Positions 17,290-24,726 of a stretch of 24,753 nucleotides of DNA are shown here, in pieces. Source of the DNA: a virus (Duplodnaviria; Caudoviricetes); IMG/VR virus record IMGVR_UViG_3300025718_000031, positions 1 through 24,753 of that record; one strand, 5' to 3'. The translations under genes were made by a program, and so were the position numbers. How positions within the stretch are numbered: the stretch's first letter is position 1; each line of letters opens with the position of its first letter. Under the pieces are notes generated by a model. It was given only the letters and a program-made list of their open reading frames with translations, made no database searches and was not told the DNA's origin.

Positions 17290-19542
17290 GTGGCAAATAT
17301 AACAGATGATATATCACGAATAAGAGCAGCAATATATGGTGAAGAAGTAAGAGAAAGCATTGCAAGTGGTATAGAAAATATAAATGCAGAAGTTGAATCC
17401 ACAACTTCAAGACAAACCGTTGTTGAGAGTAGACAAACCGAGGTAGAAGGTGAACAGGATGCACTTGGAGTAAGACAAGATGTAGCAGATGCTCATGAAG
17501 TAACAAGACAAACAAATGAAACTACTAGAGTAACAGAATTTGATGATATTAAAACGGATTATGATATTTATAAAAATGTGATGATTGATGCCAGTCCAGT
17601 TGCTAATTTACAAAATCAAATCAATAATAATGTGGCGCAATTGTATGATAATACACCACATGAAGAATACGAGGGCAAGAAATATTTAATCAATAATCCT
17701 TATCGCTATGGTGGAAATTTACAGTTAAAAGGACAAACACATTGCCATACAACGAATTCAGATGGAGTAGATTCACCTACTGCTTTAGTTACATCATATA
17801 AGAATGCAGGATATAATTTTATGACAATTACTGACCATAATTTTATAACACCAAATCCAAATGTTGCAGGAGTAACGTGGATAGGAACGAGTTGTGAAGA
17901 ATCACAAGAATTACACGTTAACGCATTTAATATTGATACAAGAGATGGAACATTAACAAACGCACAAGATATTATGCTATACCATCGCAACAATGGGAAA
18001 ATGACAACTTTGAATCACTCAAACTGGAGTTCCAATGAAGCGCCTTATGGTAAGCCTTTATCTAAATATGACATAGTAAAATTTAGAGACTATAATTTCA
18101 TTGAGGTGGTAAACGGTGCTACTGAAACTTTTGCCGAAAAGCAATGGGATTGGGCGTTAAGCAGCGGACACAAAGTTTTTGGGATAGCGGCAGATGATTG
18201 CCACGATATTACTAACTTTGGTTTTAACTCTGGATGGATCATAGTGAAGGCTAACGAAAACACAAAAGATACTATATTGAGTAATATGCGAAAAGGTAAT
18301 TTCTATGCAAGTAATGGCAATGATATTTTAATTAATGTAGTAGATAATATTATTACTGCTTCAAGTACGGCATCAAGCAACCTTTCATTTATCGGCTTAG
18401 ATGGGAGGATATTACAGACAAATACGGCTATAACTAGTGCCAACTATACTATAAAAGGCAATGAATTATATGTACGTGTTGTTTCAACCCGTGTTTCTGA
18501 TTCTAAAAAAGCTTGGTCACAACCTATATTTATAGATAGTATAGGAACGGACGGTTCAATTGCTACTAAATTATATCCAACTGTAATTAATCCAAATCTT
18601 GTTATTAACGGCAATTATGAAATTAATCAAGGTCGAGTTAGTCAGCCAATAGGAGGCTACTTTATTGATAGGTGGAAAATTTCGGGTTCTGATGTATCAA
18701 CACAAGGAATGTCCCAATCAATAATTCAATTAAACAATGGTGAACTTCCAAATGCTTTAAAATATTGTAGAATTTCAAGCACAGCAGATTTTGCATCGGC
18801 TTATGCTGGTTTAAATTACATTTTAGAACAGTCAATTGAAGATGGAACAAGACATTATTGTGGTTATGGGAAAAAGGTCACTTTATCATTTTGGGCGAGA
18901 AGCAATATAGTTGGAAAACGTATTGGATTAAATTTAATTCAAGCCTACGGCACAGGAGGATATACATCTGAACAATTGGTTGGAAAAGTAATTACTTTAA
19001 CAAATGTTTGGGAAAAACTCGAATGTACTTTTGTAACAAATTCTATTATTGGTAAAACTATAGGAGTTGGTGATAGCTTAATACTTAGAGTTTGGATAGC
19101 TTGGAATAGTTCTTTTGATGCTAGATTCAATGGCAATGCAGTAAGTGAGATTTTTGGTGGGGCTATGCAGTTTGATATTGCGAACATAAAACTAGAACAA
19201 GGTGATCTCGCAACTCCATTTATTCCTAGATCAACCTCCGAAGAATTATCTTTGTGTCAAAGATATTATGAAGTTTCAGATAGTTGGGTTCCAGTAATTG
19301 CATCTGACACTGGTCAAGTTATAGGAACTAATTTTATGGTGCAAAAAAGGATTGCTCCAACTATAACTATAACTGCACCTACATCTGGGACAACTGGAAA
19401 CCTTAATAATTTGTCTGACGCAACCAATTTTCCGATTACTGCAATGTCGGCATCCACACAAAGAATCCAATACATGAATGCGACTGGTACTACTAAAGGG
19501 AATGCTTATATTTTTAAATATATAGCAGATGCAGAAATGTAA
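17290..19542 (+). CDS. Modular tail fibre / receptor-binding protein: anchor + coiled coil + PHP-family metallohydrolase + carbohydrate-binding-like domain
   Basis: N-terminal IR.AIYGEEVR.SIA.GIE; PHP motifs HCHTTNSDG, ITDHN, LHVN, NHSNW, IEVVNG, ADDCH; C-terminal NLVINGNY..Q...DRW and KLEQG..ATPF..R...EEL.LCQRYYE. Confidence 0.8.
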   Translation: MANITDDISRIRAAIYGEEVRESIASGIENINAEVESTTSRQTVVESRQTEVEGEQDALGVRQDVADAHEVTRQTNETTRVTEFDDIKTDYDIYKNVMIDASPVANLQNQINNNVAQLYDNTPHEEYEGKKYLINNPYRYGGNLQLKGQTHCHTTNSDGVDSPTALVTSYKNAGYNFMTITDHNFITPNPNVAGVTWIGTSCEESQELHVNAFNIDTRDGTLTNAQDIMLYHRNNGKMTTLNHSNWSSNEAPYGKPLSKYDIVKFRDYNFIEVVNGATETFAEKQWDWALSSGHKVFGIAADDCHDITNFGFNSGWIIVKANENTKDTILSNMRKGNFYASNGNDILINVVDNIITASSTASSNLSFIGLDGRILQTNTAITSANYTIKGNELYVRVVSTRVSDSKKAWSQPIFIDSIGTDGSIATKLYPTVINPNLVINGNYEINQGRVSQPIGGYFIDRWKISGSDVSTQGMSQSIIQLNNGELPNALKYCRISSTADFASAYAGLNYILEQSIEDGTRHYCGYGKKVTLSFWARSNIVGKRIGLNLIQAYGTGGYTSEQLVGKVITLTNVWEKLECTFVTNSIIGKTIGVGDSLILRVWIAWNSSFDARFNGNAVSEIFGGAMQFDIANIKLEQGDLATPFIPRSTSEELSLCQRYYEVSDSWVPVIASDTGQVIGTNFMVQKRIAPTITITAPTSGTTGNLNNLSDATNFPITAMSASTQRIQYMNATGTTKGNAYIFKYIADAEM
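17630..17661. repeat. Imperfect dyad inside the fibre gene at the anchor/tip domain junction
   Basis: ATGTGGCGCAATT-GTATGA-TAATACACCACAT; outer ATGTGG/CCACAT perfectly complementary. Confidence 0.55.
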
Positions 19543-19580
19543 TAAATACTAGGGAATTAGTATGCACATAGGAAAATCAA

Positions 19581-19609
19581 TTGAGAAATTACAAATCCTA
19601 GTGTATACT
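19581..19609 (+). promoter_or_regulatory. Sigma-A-type promoter of the acyltransferase moron
   Basis: TTGAGA (19581-19586), 17 bp, TATACT (19604-19609). Confidence 0.7.
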
Positions 19610-19635
19610 AATTAATAGTGTAAAGGAAAAGGAGA

Positions 19636-20706
19636 GTGTATACATTGGGTAAGGTAGAAAGAGTATTTTATTTAGATTTTATAAGGGCGATATCAATAAT
19701 ATTTATTGTTATTGTTCATTTTGATGCCTCCTTAGTTGGGCATTCTATTGATGTACGTCTACTTTCATTAGGATATATTCCAATCGGTACGTTGGCACGA
19801 ATTGGTGTATCATTGTTTTTTATAATTTCGGGTGCTGCATTGATGTATACTTATCAAAATGATTTTTCAATCAAAAATTATTTTAAAAAAAGATTTATTG
19901 CTATATACCCTATGTTTTGGACAGCGTATACTATTGCACTTTTGTATTTGTTTTATACTTTTTATGGAATTAATCATCTTGTACCAAAGTGGACATTTTT
20001 ATTAACTATTTTTGGAATGGATGGTTATTTACTATATTCAATACCTAATTTCTATATACTTGGAGAATGGTTTTTAGGATGTATAATTCTATTTTACGTG
20101 TGTTTTCCTATTCTTAGAAAACTTTTAATCAAATACCCAAAATTATTAATAATTTGTGTTAGTATTGTTTATATTGTAGTTGTAGAAAAGTATGTTTTCA
20201 AAATGCAAATTGATCGTAATTTACTTACAAAACTACCTGAATTTCTATTCGGCATGTGTTTTATTCTATATATTAAGAGAGTAAATGTATATGAATTTGT
20301 TGGGGCTTTATGTATCAGCACATTTATGATATTTAAAGCATTAAATATACACCCTATGTACAAAATAACTATTATTGGCATTTCATCATTTATTGTATTG
20401 ACTTTTATAGGACAACATATTAAACTCGAAAAGATCAAAGAACCATTTACATTAATCAGCAAATATTCTTATGCTATTTTTTTAGTTCATCATGTAGTCA
20501 TTGAACAAATGTTAATAAGATTTAATGGTAAGAAAATAACTCCTACTGAATCTTATTGTTTATTTATTATAGTTTGTATTTTTATAGCTATAATATCTGT
20601 TTGCGTGTATAAAATCTCTAATAAAGTAAGTAGATATATAAAAGAAATACATTTAACTAACCATTCAAATGAACATTCAAAGGTAGATATTACTATTTCA
20701 CATTAG
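19636..20706 (+). CDS. Acyltransferase-3 (OafA/OatA-like) membrane O-acyltransferase
   Basis: R.FYLDFIRAIS...IV..H, GVSLFFIISG..L, YFKKRF..IYP.FW, WFL..I.LFY..FP, ISKYSY.IFL.H motifs; many hydrophobic segments; alternative start TTG 19645. Confidence 0.92.
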   Translation: MYTLGKVERVFYLDFIRAISIIFIVIVHFDASLVGHSIDVRLLSLGYIPIGTLARIGVSLFFIISGAALMYTYQNDFSIKNYFKKRFIAIYPMFWTAYTIALLYLFYTFYGINHLVPKWTFLLTIFGMDGYLLYSIPNFYILGEWFLGCIILFYVCFPILRKLLIKYPKLLIICVSIVYIVVVEKYVFKMQIDRNLLTKLPEFLFGMCFILYIKRVNVYEFVGALCISTFMIFKALNIHPMYKITIIGISSFIVLTFIGQHIKLEKIKEPFTLISKYSYAIFLVHHVVIEQMLIRFNGKKITPTESYCLFIIVCIFIAIISVCVYKISNKVSRYIKEIHLTNHSNEHSKVDITISH

Positions 20707-20726
20707 GAAACTATGACGACATAACT

Positions 20727-20750
20727 AAGGCACTCGGAAGGGTATCTTTT
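20727..20750 (+). terminator. Imperfect terminator after the acyltransferase
   Basis: AAGGCACTC-GGAA-GGGTATCTT, one mismatch, short T run. Confidence 0.45.
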
Positions 20751-20784
20751 ATATAATAATAACTCTAAATTAAATGATTATTAT

Positions 20785-20814
20785 GCACATATATAGACAA
20801 GCCTTCATAGTATA
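20785..20814 (+). promoter_or_regulatory. Sigma-K-like (mother-cell sporulation) promoter
   Basis: AC at 20787-20788, 17 bp, CATAGTATA at 20806-20814, matching AC-N16/17-CATANNNTA. Confidence 0.65.
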
Positions 20815-20841
20815 TATTAAAAAAATATAGGAGGCTTGTCT

Positions 20842-21087
20842 ATGTGTAATAGATGTAACAATAGGGGTAATGATAGGATAGAGGATAGTTTTGAAGATGA
20901 TAGATTTAATAATAGGTGTAGGTGTCATCGTGTTGACCCTAATAACGATTGGTGTCCAGGTTGTTCAAATGATAGTTTTTGCAATAACTTTAATGATGAT
21001 GATTGCTTTGATAATTTTAACGGTTGCAATAGGTGTAACCGTTGCAATAGACGTAATAGGTGTGACCGTTGTAATAGATTTAGGTAG
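20842..21087 (+). CDS. Cys/Asn/Arg/Asp-rich repeat peptide (81 aa, 13 Cys), possible spore coat/exosporium protein
   Basis: AGGAGG at 20829-20834 lies 7 nt before ATG 20842; CNR tripeptide repeats; own promoter and terminator. Confidence 0.7.
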   Translation: MCNRCNNRGNDRIEDSFEDDRFNNRCRCHRVDPNNDWCPGCSNDSFCNNFNDDDCFDNFNGCNRCNRCNRRNRCDRCNRFR

Positions 21088-21150
21088 ACAAGCCATTAAC
21101 CCACTGGGAATATGAAGGCGAACTAACTACAAAATTAAATAACACAATAT

Positions 21151-21177
21151 AAGAGGATCCTCCAAGGGTCCTTTTTT
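21151..21177 (+). terminator. Intrinsic terminator after the Cys-rich gene
   Basis: AAGAGGATCC-TCCAA-GGGTCCTTTT plus T run. Confidence 0.75.
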
Positions 21178-21208
21178 ATATCAGATTTTGAAAGGTGGTG
21201 ATTTTAAT

Positions 21209-21253
21209 ATGTGGTTTTGGTTTTTATCTATTATAAGTCAAATACAACCATAA
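21209..21253 (+). CDS. Possible 14-aa micropeptide MWFWFLSIISQIQP
   Basis: AAAGGTGGTGA RBS at 21191-21201, ATG 21209, TAA 21251-21253; too short to verify from sequence. Confidence 0.3.
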   Translation: MWFWFLSIISQIQP

Positions 21254-21363
21254 TTTAAACAAAGCCCTCAAAGTTATTTTGGGGGTTATGTAATTTTAAG
21301 AGGGACATATAAAACATATTTCCTCCAAACAAAAGATATAAATAAAACTTCTAGGAGGTAATA

Positions 21364-21597
21364 ATGGGCGAAGAGGGAACAAATTTAAGACTAGTTAATA
21401 TCGAAGAAAATGTTAAAGAATTGAAAGAAAATGATAAAGAACAAACTTTAAAAATGGTAGAAATGGAAAAAAGCAATATCCGTATAGAGATAAATTTAAA
21501 AAAGATATTAGAAACTTATACAACTATTAAAAATACAGCTATTGGTTTTTTCGTGTTAAATATATTAGGAATGTTATGGTTTGGATCACAGAAATAG
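21364..21597 (+). CDS. XhlA-like holin-associated membrane protein
   Basis: Coiled-coil N-terminus, single C-terminal hydrophobic helix, AGGAGG RBS, directly before the endolysin. Confidence 0.7.
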   Translation: MGEEGTNLRLVNIEENVKELKENDKEQTLKMVEMEKSNIRIEINLKKILETYTTIKNTAIGFFVLNILGMLWFGSQK

Positions 21598-21608
21598 GAG
21601 GAAATATT

Positions 21609-22367
21609 ATGAAAGGTATAGATATTTCAATTTTTCAAGGTCATATAGATTTTAAAAAGGTAAAAGCAACGGGCGTGGAAGTAGTAATAATTAAAGCTAC
21701 ACAGGGCACTGGCTACACTAACGCAATGTTAGCAGAACATTACAAAGGGGCTAAAGCAAATGGCCTTAAAATAGGTTTTTATCACTATTTAACTAAAGAT
21801 AATCCAATAGTACAAGCAAGGCAATTTCTAGAGGTTACAAACGGATTAATAGCTGATTGTAAATATATTATGGACGTAGAGGGTGAATGGACTATAAGAC
21901 AAGCTAGTGAAGCGACTAGGTCCTTTGCAGATTATCTCATACATCAGAAAAAAGAAGTTGCTATATATACTGGGGACTATTTCTACAGAGATAACCTTAA
22001 TAGCACTGTTAAAGACCTGCCAGTATGGATTGCTAATTATAGTAGTAATATAATGGCTAAAAATAATATTGGTGTTCAGTATTCTGAAACAGGCACCGTA
22101 AACGGAATCATAGGGCATGTTGACTTAGATACTTTCAATGCAGGTATTTTGTTAACTCCTAAAGTGGCTGCTAAACCTACTTTAAAAATAGGCACAGTTA
22201 CTGCAACAACTTTAAATGTAAGAGAAGATGCTGGCACAGGCTTTAAAGTAATAGGACAATTGCACAAGGGCGATAAAGTCACAATTGCAAAAGCCATTGG
22301 ACCTAATTGGTATAGTATTTATTTTGGTAATCATGGCGGATATGTTAGCTCAGAGTTTATAAAATAG
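21609..22367 (+). CDS. Endolysin: GH25 muramidase with C-terminal SH3b domain
   Basis: KGIDIS.FQG.IDF, IIKATQG, GFYHY, MDVE, VDLD motifs; LNVR...GTG..VIG.L..G..V SH3b; start moved to ATG 21609 (AGGAGG). Confidence 0.95.
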   Translation: MKGIDISIFQGHIDFKKVKATGVEVVIIKATQGTGYTNAMLAEHYKGAKANGLKIGFYHYLTKDNPIVQARQFLEVTNGLIADCKYIMDVEGEWTIRQASEATRSFADYLIHQKKEVAIYTGDYFYRDNLNSTVKDLPVWIANYSSNIMAKNNIGVQYSETGTVNGIIGHVDLDTFNAGILLTPKVAAKPTLKIGTVTATTLNVREDAGTGFKVIGQLHKGDKVTIAKAIGPNWYSIYFGNHGGYVSSEFIK

Positions 22368-22421
22368 GAAAGGAAGTGGTCTTCCCTATCTAAATCTAAA
22401 TTTAAGGAGAGTGTATTATAA

Positions 22422-22886
22422 ATGCAAGATTTTTTATCAATTCTTTATCCAGTGTTATTAACAATTTTAACAGGAGTTTTAGGCTATATAGGAAAAGAGG
22501 TAGTAAAACTAACGCCCAAGTTAATTGACTTCGTAGTGGCTAAAATAGGGCTTACAAACTACACTAAAAGCAAACTCGTAGCTTTGGATATCTGGAACAT
22601 AGTCGAAGAAGACTTTAGAATAAATAATATTATTGGAGATACAGTCCAGGCTAAAATTGTAATGTTTGAAACTTTAATAAAACAAAAGGTACCTGGCATA
22701 ACAGATGCGCAAATAGAAAATTTTAGACAGGCCATTGCTGGGGAATTTAATAAAGATAAACCTTTAATTATAAAAGCCATAGAGGATCCGATAACAGTAG
22801 TAACTCCAATTATAAAATATTTTGCAGCAGATGGAATAACAGAATTACAACCAGTCATCATAGCAGCTCCAATAACAACTATATAA
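22422..22886 (+). CDS. Probable holin (single N-terminal TM, LL-H-like)
   Basis: Hydrophobic N-terminus, later ..VEE..R and K...F pattern; adjacent to endolysin; AAGGAG RBS. Confidence 0.6.
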   Translation: MQDFLSILYPVLLTILTGVLGYIGKEVVKLTPKLIDFVVAKIGLTNYTKSKLVALDIWNIVEEDFRINNIIGDTVQAKIVMFETLIKQKVPGITDAQIENFRQAIAGEFNKDKPLIIKAIEDPITVVTPIIKYFAADGITELQPVIIAAPITTI

Positions 22887-22889
22887 TTT

Positions 22890-22931
22890 AAAAGCCTGAG
22901 GTTAGATAAATCTAGCTTCAGGCCTTTTTTT
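22890..22931. terminator. Bidirectional terminator between lysis genes and the PIN operon
   Basis: AAAA-GCCTGAGGTTAGA-TAAA-TCTAGCTTCAGGC-C-T run, between convergent genes. Confidence 0.85.
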
Positions 22932-23544
22932 ATGGTAATAAAATATTTTGTTTTATTGGAATAATTGGATTTTGTGTTTTCAATGATATAAATTTATCTA
23001 TCTGATTTTGTGTAGTTAAAACCGTTAAAGCGCTATCATCTACGTGTGACCAATCACCGTCAAGTGTACATATTGTATGTATATCCTCTGATTTGTTTAA
23101 CGTATATATAGCGGAATCTCCCCACTTCAAAGCATGTTTTACTTGATTTTTAGTGATTTGTTTAAGTGTCTCACTATTTATCGATCCTACTGGCTCTGGA
23201 TAAAAATTAGGAAGCTTATTAAGCTCATTTAGTAAATCTGCAACATCATTATTAGAGTTTGATAAATAGAAACGTGGATTTTTATTAAAATCAAACTTGT
23301 TACGTGGTATTGTTTTACTTTGGGTAAGTATAGTTAATTCCTCAAATGTCTTAGTGGTTATGCACAGAATATTGTTGTTTTTAGATGTATTTTTAATGAA
23401 TTCTTCACATATGGAACTCTGGTCATGGGTATTGTGTTGTCCCCATATTTCTAATATTACACATGTATCAATTGATATTAACTCATTTGATTTAGGCAAG
23501 GAATTAATATCATTTAATAATTTAAATTTAGGGTCCAATATCAC
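22930..23544 (-). CDS. PIN-domain ribonuclease (VapC-like fold)
   Basis: Acidic tetrad: ISIDTCVI, TFEEL, WGDSAIY, CTLDGDW. Confidence 0.85.
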   Translation of the reverse strand: MILDPKFKLLNDINSLPKSNELISIDTCVILEIWGQHNTHDQSSICEEFIKNTSKNNNILCITTKTFEELTILTQSKTIPRNKFDFNKNPRFYLSNSNNDVADLLNELNKLPNFYPEPVGSINSETLKQITKNQVKHALKWGDSAIYTLNKSEDIHTICTLDGDWSHVDDSALTVLTTQNQIDKFISLKTQNPIIPIKQNILLP

Positions 23545-23708
23545 TCACCCCTTAATTTTGATAAAAGTTTCTTGTTTTCTTCATAATTAGTACGTTTATT
23601 ACGCAGATTAAAAAAAACTTCTTCACATATTGAATCTTTTTGTATGTCAGACATTTCAAATAATTTTTTAGCTTTACAATATTCTAAGGCTATGTTTTTT
23701 ACTGCCAT
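23541..23708 (-). CDS. Small 55-aa protein (MAVKNIALEYCKAKKLFEMSDIQKDSICEEVFFNLRNKRTNYEENKKLLSKLRGE), candidate antitoxin; not in the ORF track
   Basis: AAAGGGGTG RBS; TGA stop overlaps the PIN GTG start (GTGA). Confidence 0.75.
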   Translation of the reverse strand: MAVKNIALEYCKAKKLFEMSDIQKDSICEEVFFNLRNKRTNYEENKKLLSKLRGE

Positions 23709-23729
23709 TTTAGGCACCCCTTTAATTAT

Positions 23730-24299
23730 TTAATTATTTAATTTCTCGAAAACATGACTATATTTATCTATATAATCATTATATACTAAATTAAACCTAT
23801 TTAGAATTAAATTTATGTTAATATTTGTAAGAGTGTAAATGCATTCAAAAAATACAAGATCGCCGTTAGCTAAGTAGGGTTCAACTTTAAATTCACATAG
23901 TGTGTTCTCAAAATTAAAAAAGCTACGCAATCCTATTCCAATCACACCTGGAACATATGAATAATAACTAGTTTTAGTAGACTCCATATAACCTGGTTTT
24001 TCAAAAGTCTCAAACTGTTGAAAAGTTAGTTTTTGTATGTTTTCATCTATTAACAAAGTATTAAATATATTTACTAAATCATCGGAAATGGTCTTAAAAT
24101 CAGGGTCAATTGTAGAATAAGAAATTTGGTTTGGAACTATATTAATTGTAGTTTTACTATCACTCATAACAAGCTGTTGATTATTTACTAATACACCATT
24201 TTTATATTTTGTCCCAAAAACAGAATTTAATGCTGTAACTTTTTTATTATTTATTTCGCCTATGTTGCATGGAATAAAAAGATTTAAAGTTCTTGACAT
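23730..24299 (-). CDS. Hypothetical protein (189 aa), first gene of the PIN operon
   Basis: AAAAGGGGG RBS before ATG 24299; the longer 24440 start would run across the promoter; alpha/beta pattern with GIGLR motif. Confidence 0.75.
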   Translation of the reverse strand: MSRTLNLFIPCNIGEINNKKVTALNSVFGTKYKNGVLVNNQQLVMSDSKTTINIVPNQISYSTIDPDFKTISDDLVNIFNTLLIDENIQKLTFQQFETFEKPGYMESTKTSYYSYVPGVIGIGLRSFFNFENTLCEFKVEPYLANGDLVFFECIYTLTNININLILNRFNLVYNDYIDKYSHVFEKLNN

Positions 24300-24345
24300 A
24301 ATTTTTCCCCCTTTTGTTTTCCCTAAATTATACTTTATATTCCAC

Positions 24346-24373
24346 ATTATATCACTATATTTTAAAATATAAA
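24346..24373 (-). promoter_or_regulatory. Extended -10 sigma-A promoter of the PIN operon
   Basis: Minus strand TG-A-TATAAT (24354-24346); weak -35 TTTATA 16 bp upstream. Confidence 0.55.
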
Positions 24374-24480
24374 GAAAATTAAACCTTTTTAATACATTAA
24401 TTAATCGAATGTTGTTAATTCCAACTAAGTTATTCTTCATATATTGGAAAAATAAGAGCTAACCACTCTTATATTACTAC

Positions 24481-24509
24481 TTTACATTAGAACATATGTT
24501 CTATATAAT
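24481..24509 (+). promoter_or_regulatory. SOS-regulated promoter with a Firmicutes LexA (Cheo) box
   Basis: TTTACA (24481-24486), 17 bp, TATAAT (24504-24509); GAACATATGTTC (24490-24501) in the spacer. Confidence 0.88.
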
Positions 24510-24528
24510 AACCTTAGAGGTGGTAATT

Positions 24529-24726
24529 ATGGAATATATGCTAAAGAATTCATTACAGGATCATAAAATTGTAACTATAATGTACCAAAGAGGAAAAGAG
24601 ATAACACAGAGAGACATAAGAATAATGAAACTAATGGATAAAGACATAGAAGCGTACTGCTATTTAAGGCATAAGGTTAGGCATTTCAAGAAAGAAAATA
24701 TATTAGCCATTACGTATAAACAGTAG
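24529..24726 (+). CDS. Small YolD/WYL-like SOS-inducible protein (65 aa)
   Basis: I.Y....G.ITQR.I.......I.AYC.LR...R.FK.ENIL pattern; GAGGTGG RBS before ATG 24529; LexA box upstream. Confidence 0.75.
   Translation: MEYMLKNSLQDHKIVTIMYQRGKEITQRDIRIMKLMDKDIEAYCYLRHKVRHFKKENILAITYKQ

Noticed and set aside
20891-21115. Very hydrophobic 74-aa ORF overlapping the Cys-rich gene
   Set aside because: T-ending Asn/Asp/Cys codons of the main frame put T in codon position 2 of this frame, which produces hydrophobic residues automatically; the Cys-rich frame has the better RBS and promoter.
17290-21360. Diversity-generating retroelement or invertase shufflon acting on the fibre
   Set aside because: No reverse transcriptase, no duplicated template/variable repeat, no inverted spare fibre tips and no recombinase gene in the window.
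22364-22389. Hairpin between endolysin and holin (GGAAG-TGGT-CTTCC)
   Set aside because: No U tract, so not called a terminator; no other support for function.
1286-22861. Short minus-strand ORFs within the replication, structural and lysis genes
   Set aside because: Antisense shadows of well-supported + strand genes, with no recognisable motifs.
23297-23590. 97-aa + strand ORF
   Set aside because: Antisense to the PIN gene and the 55-aa gene, which have motifs, RBSs and translational coupling.
24300-24440. 47-residue N-terminal extension of the 236-aa ORF
   Set aside because: It spans the predicted promoter and RBS; ATG 24299 is the better start.
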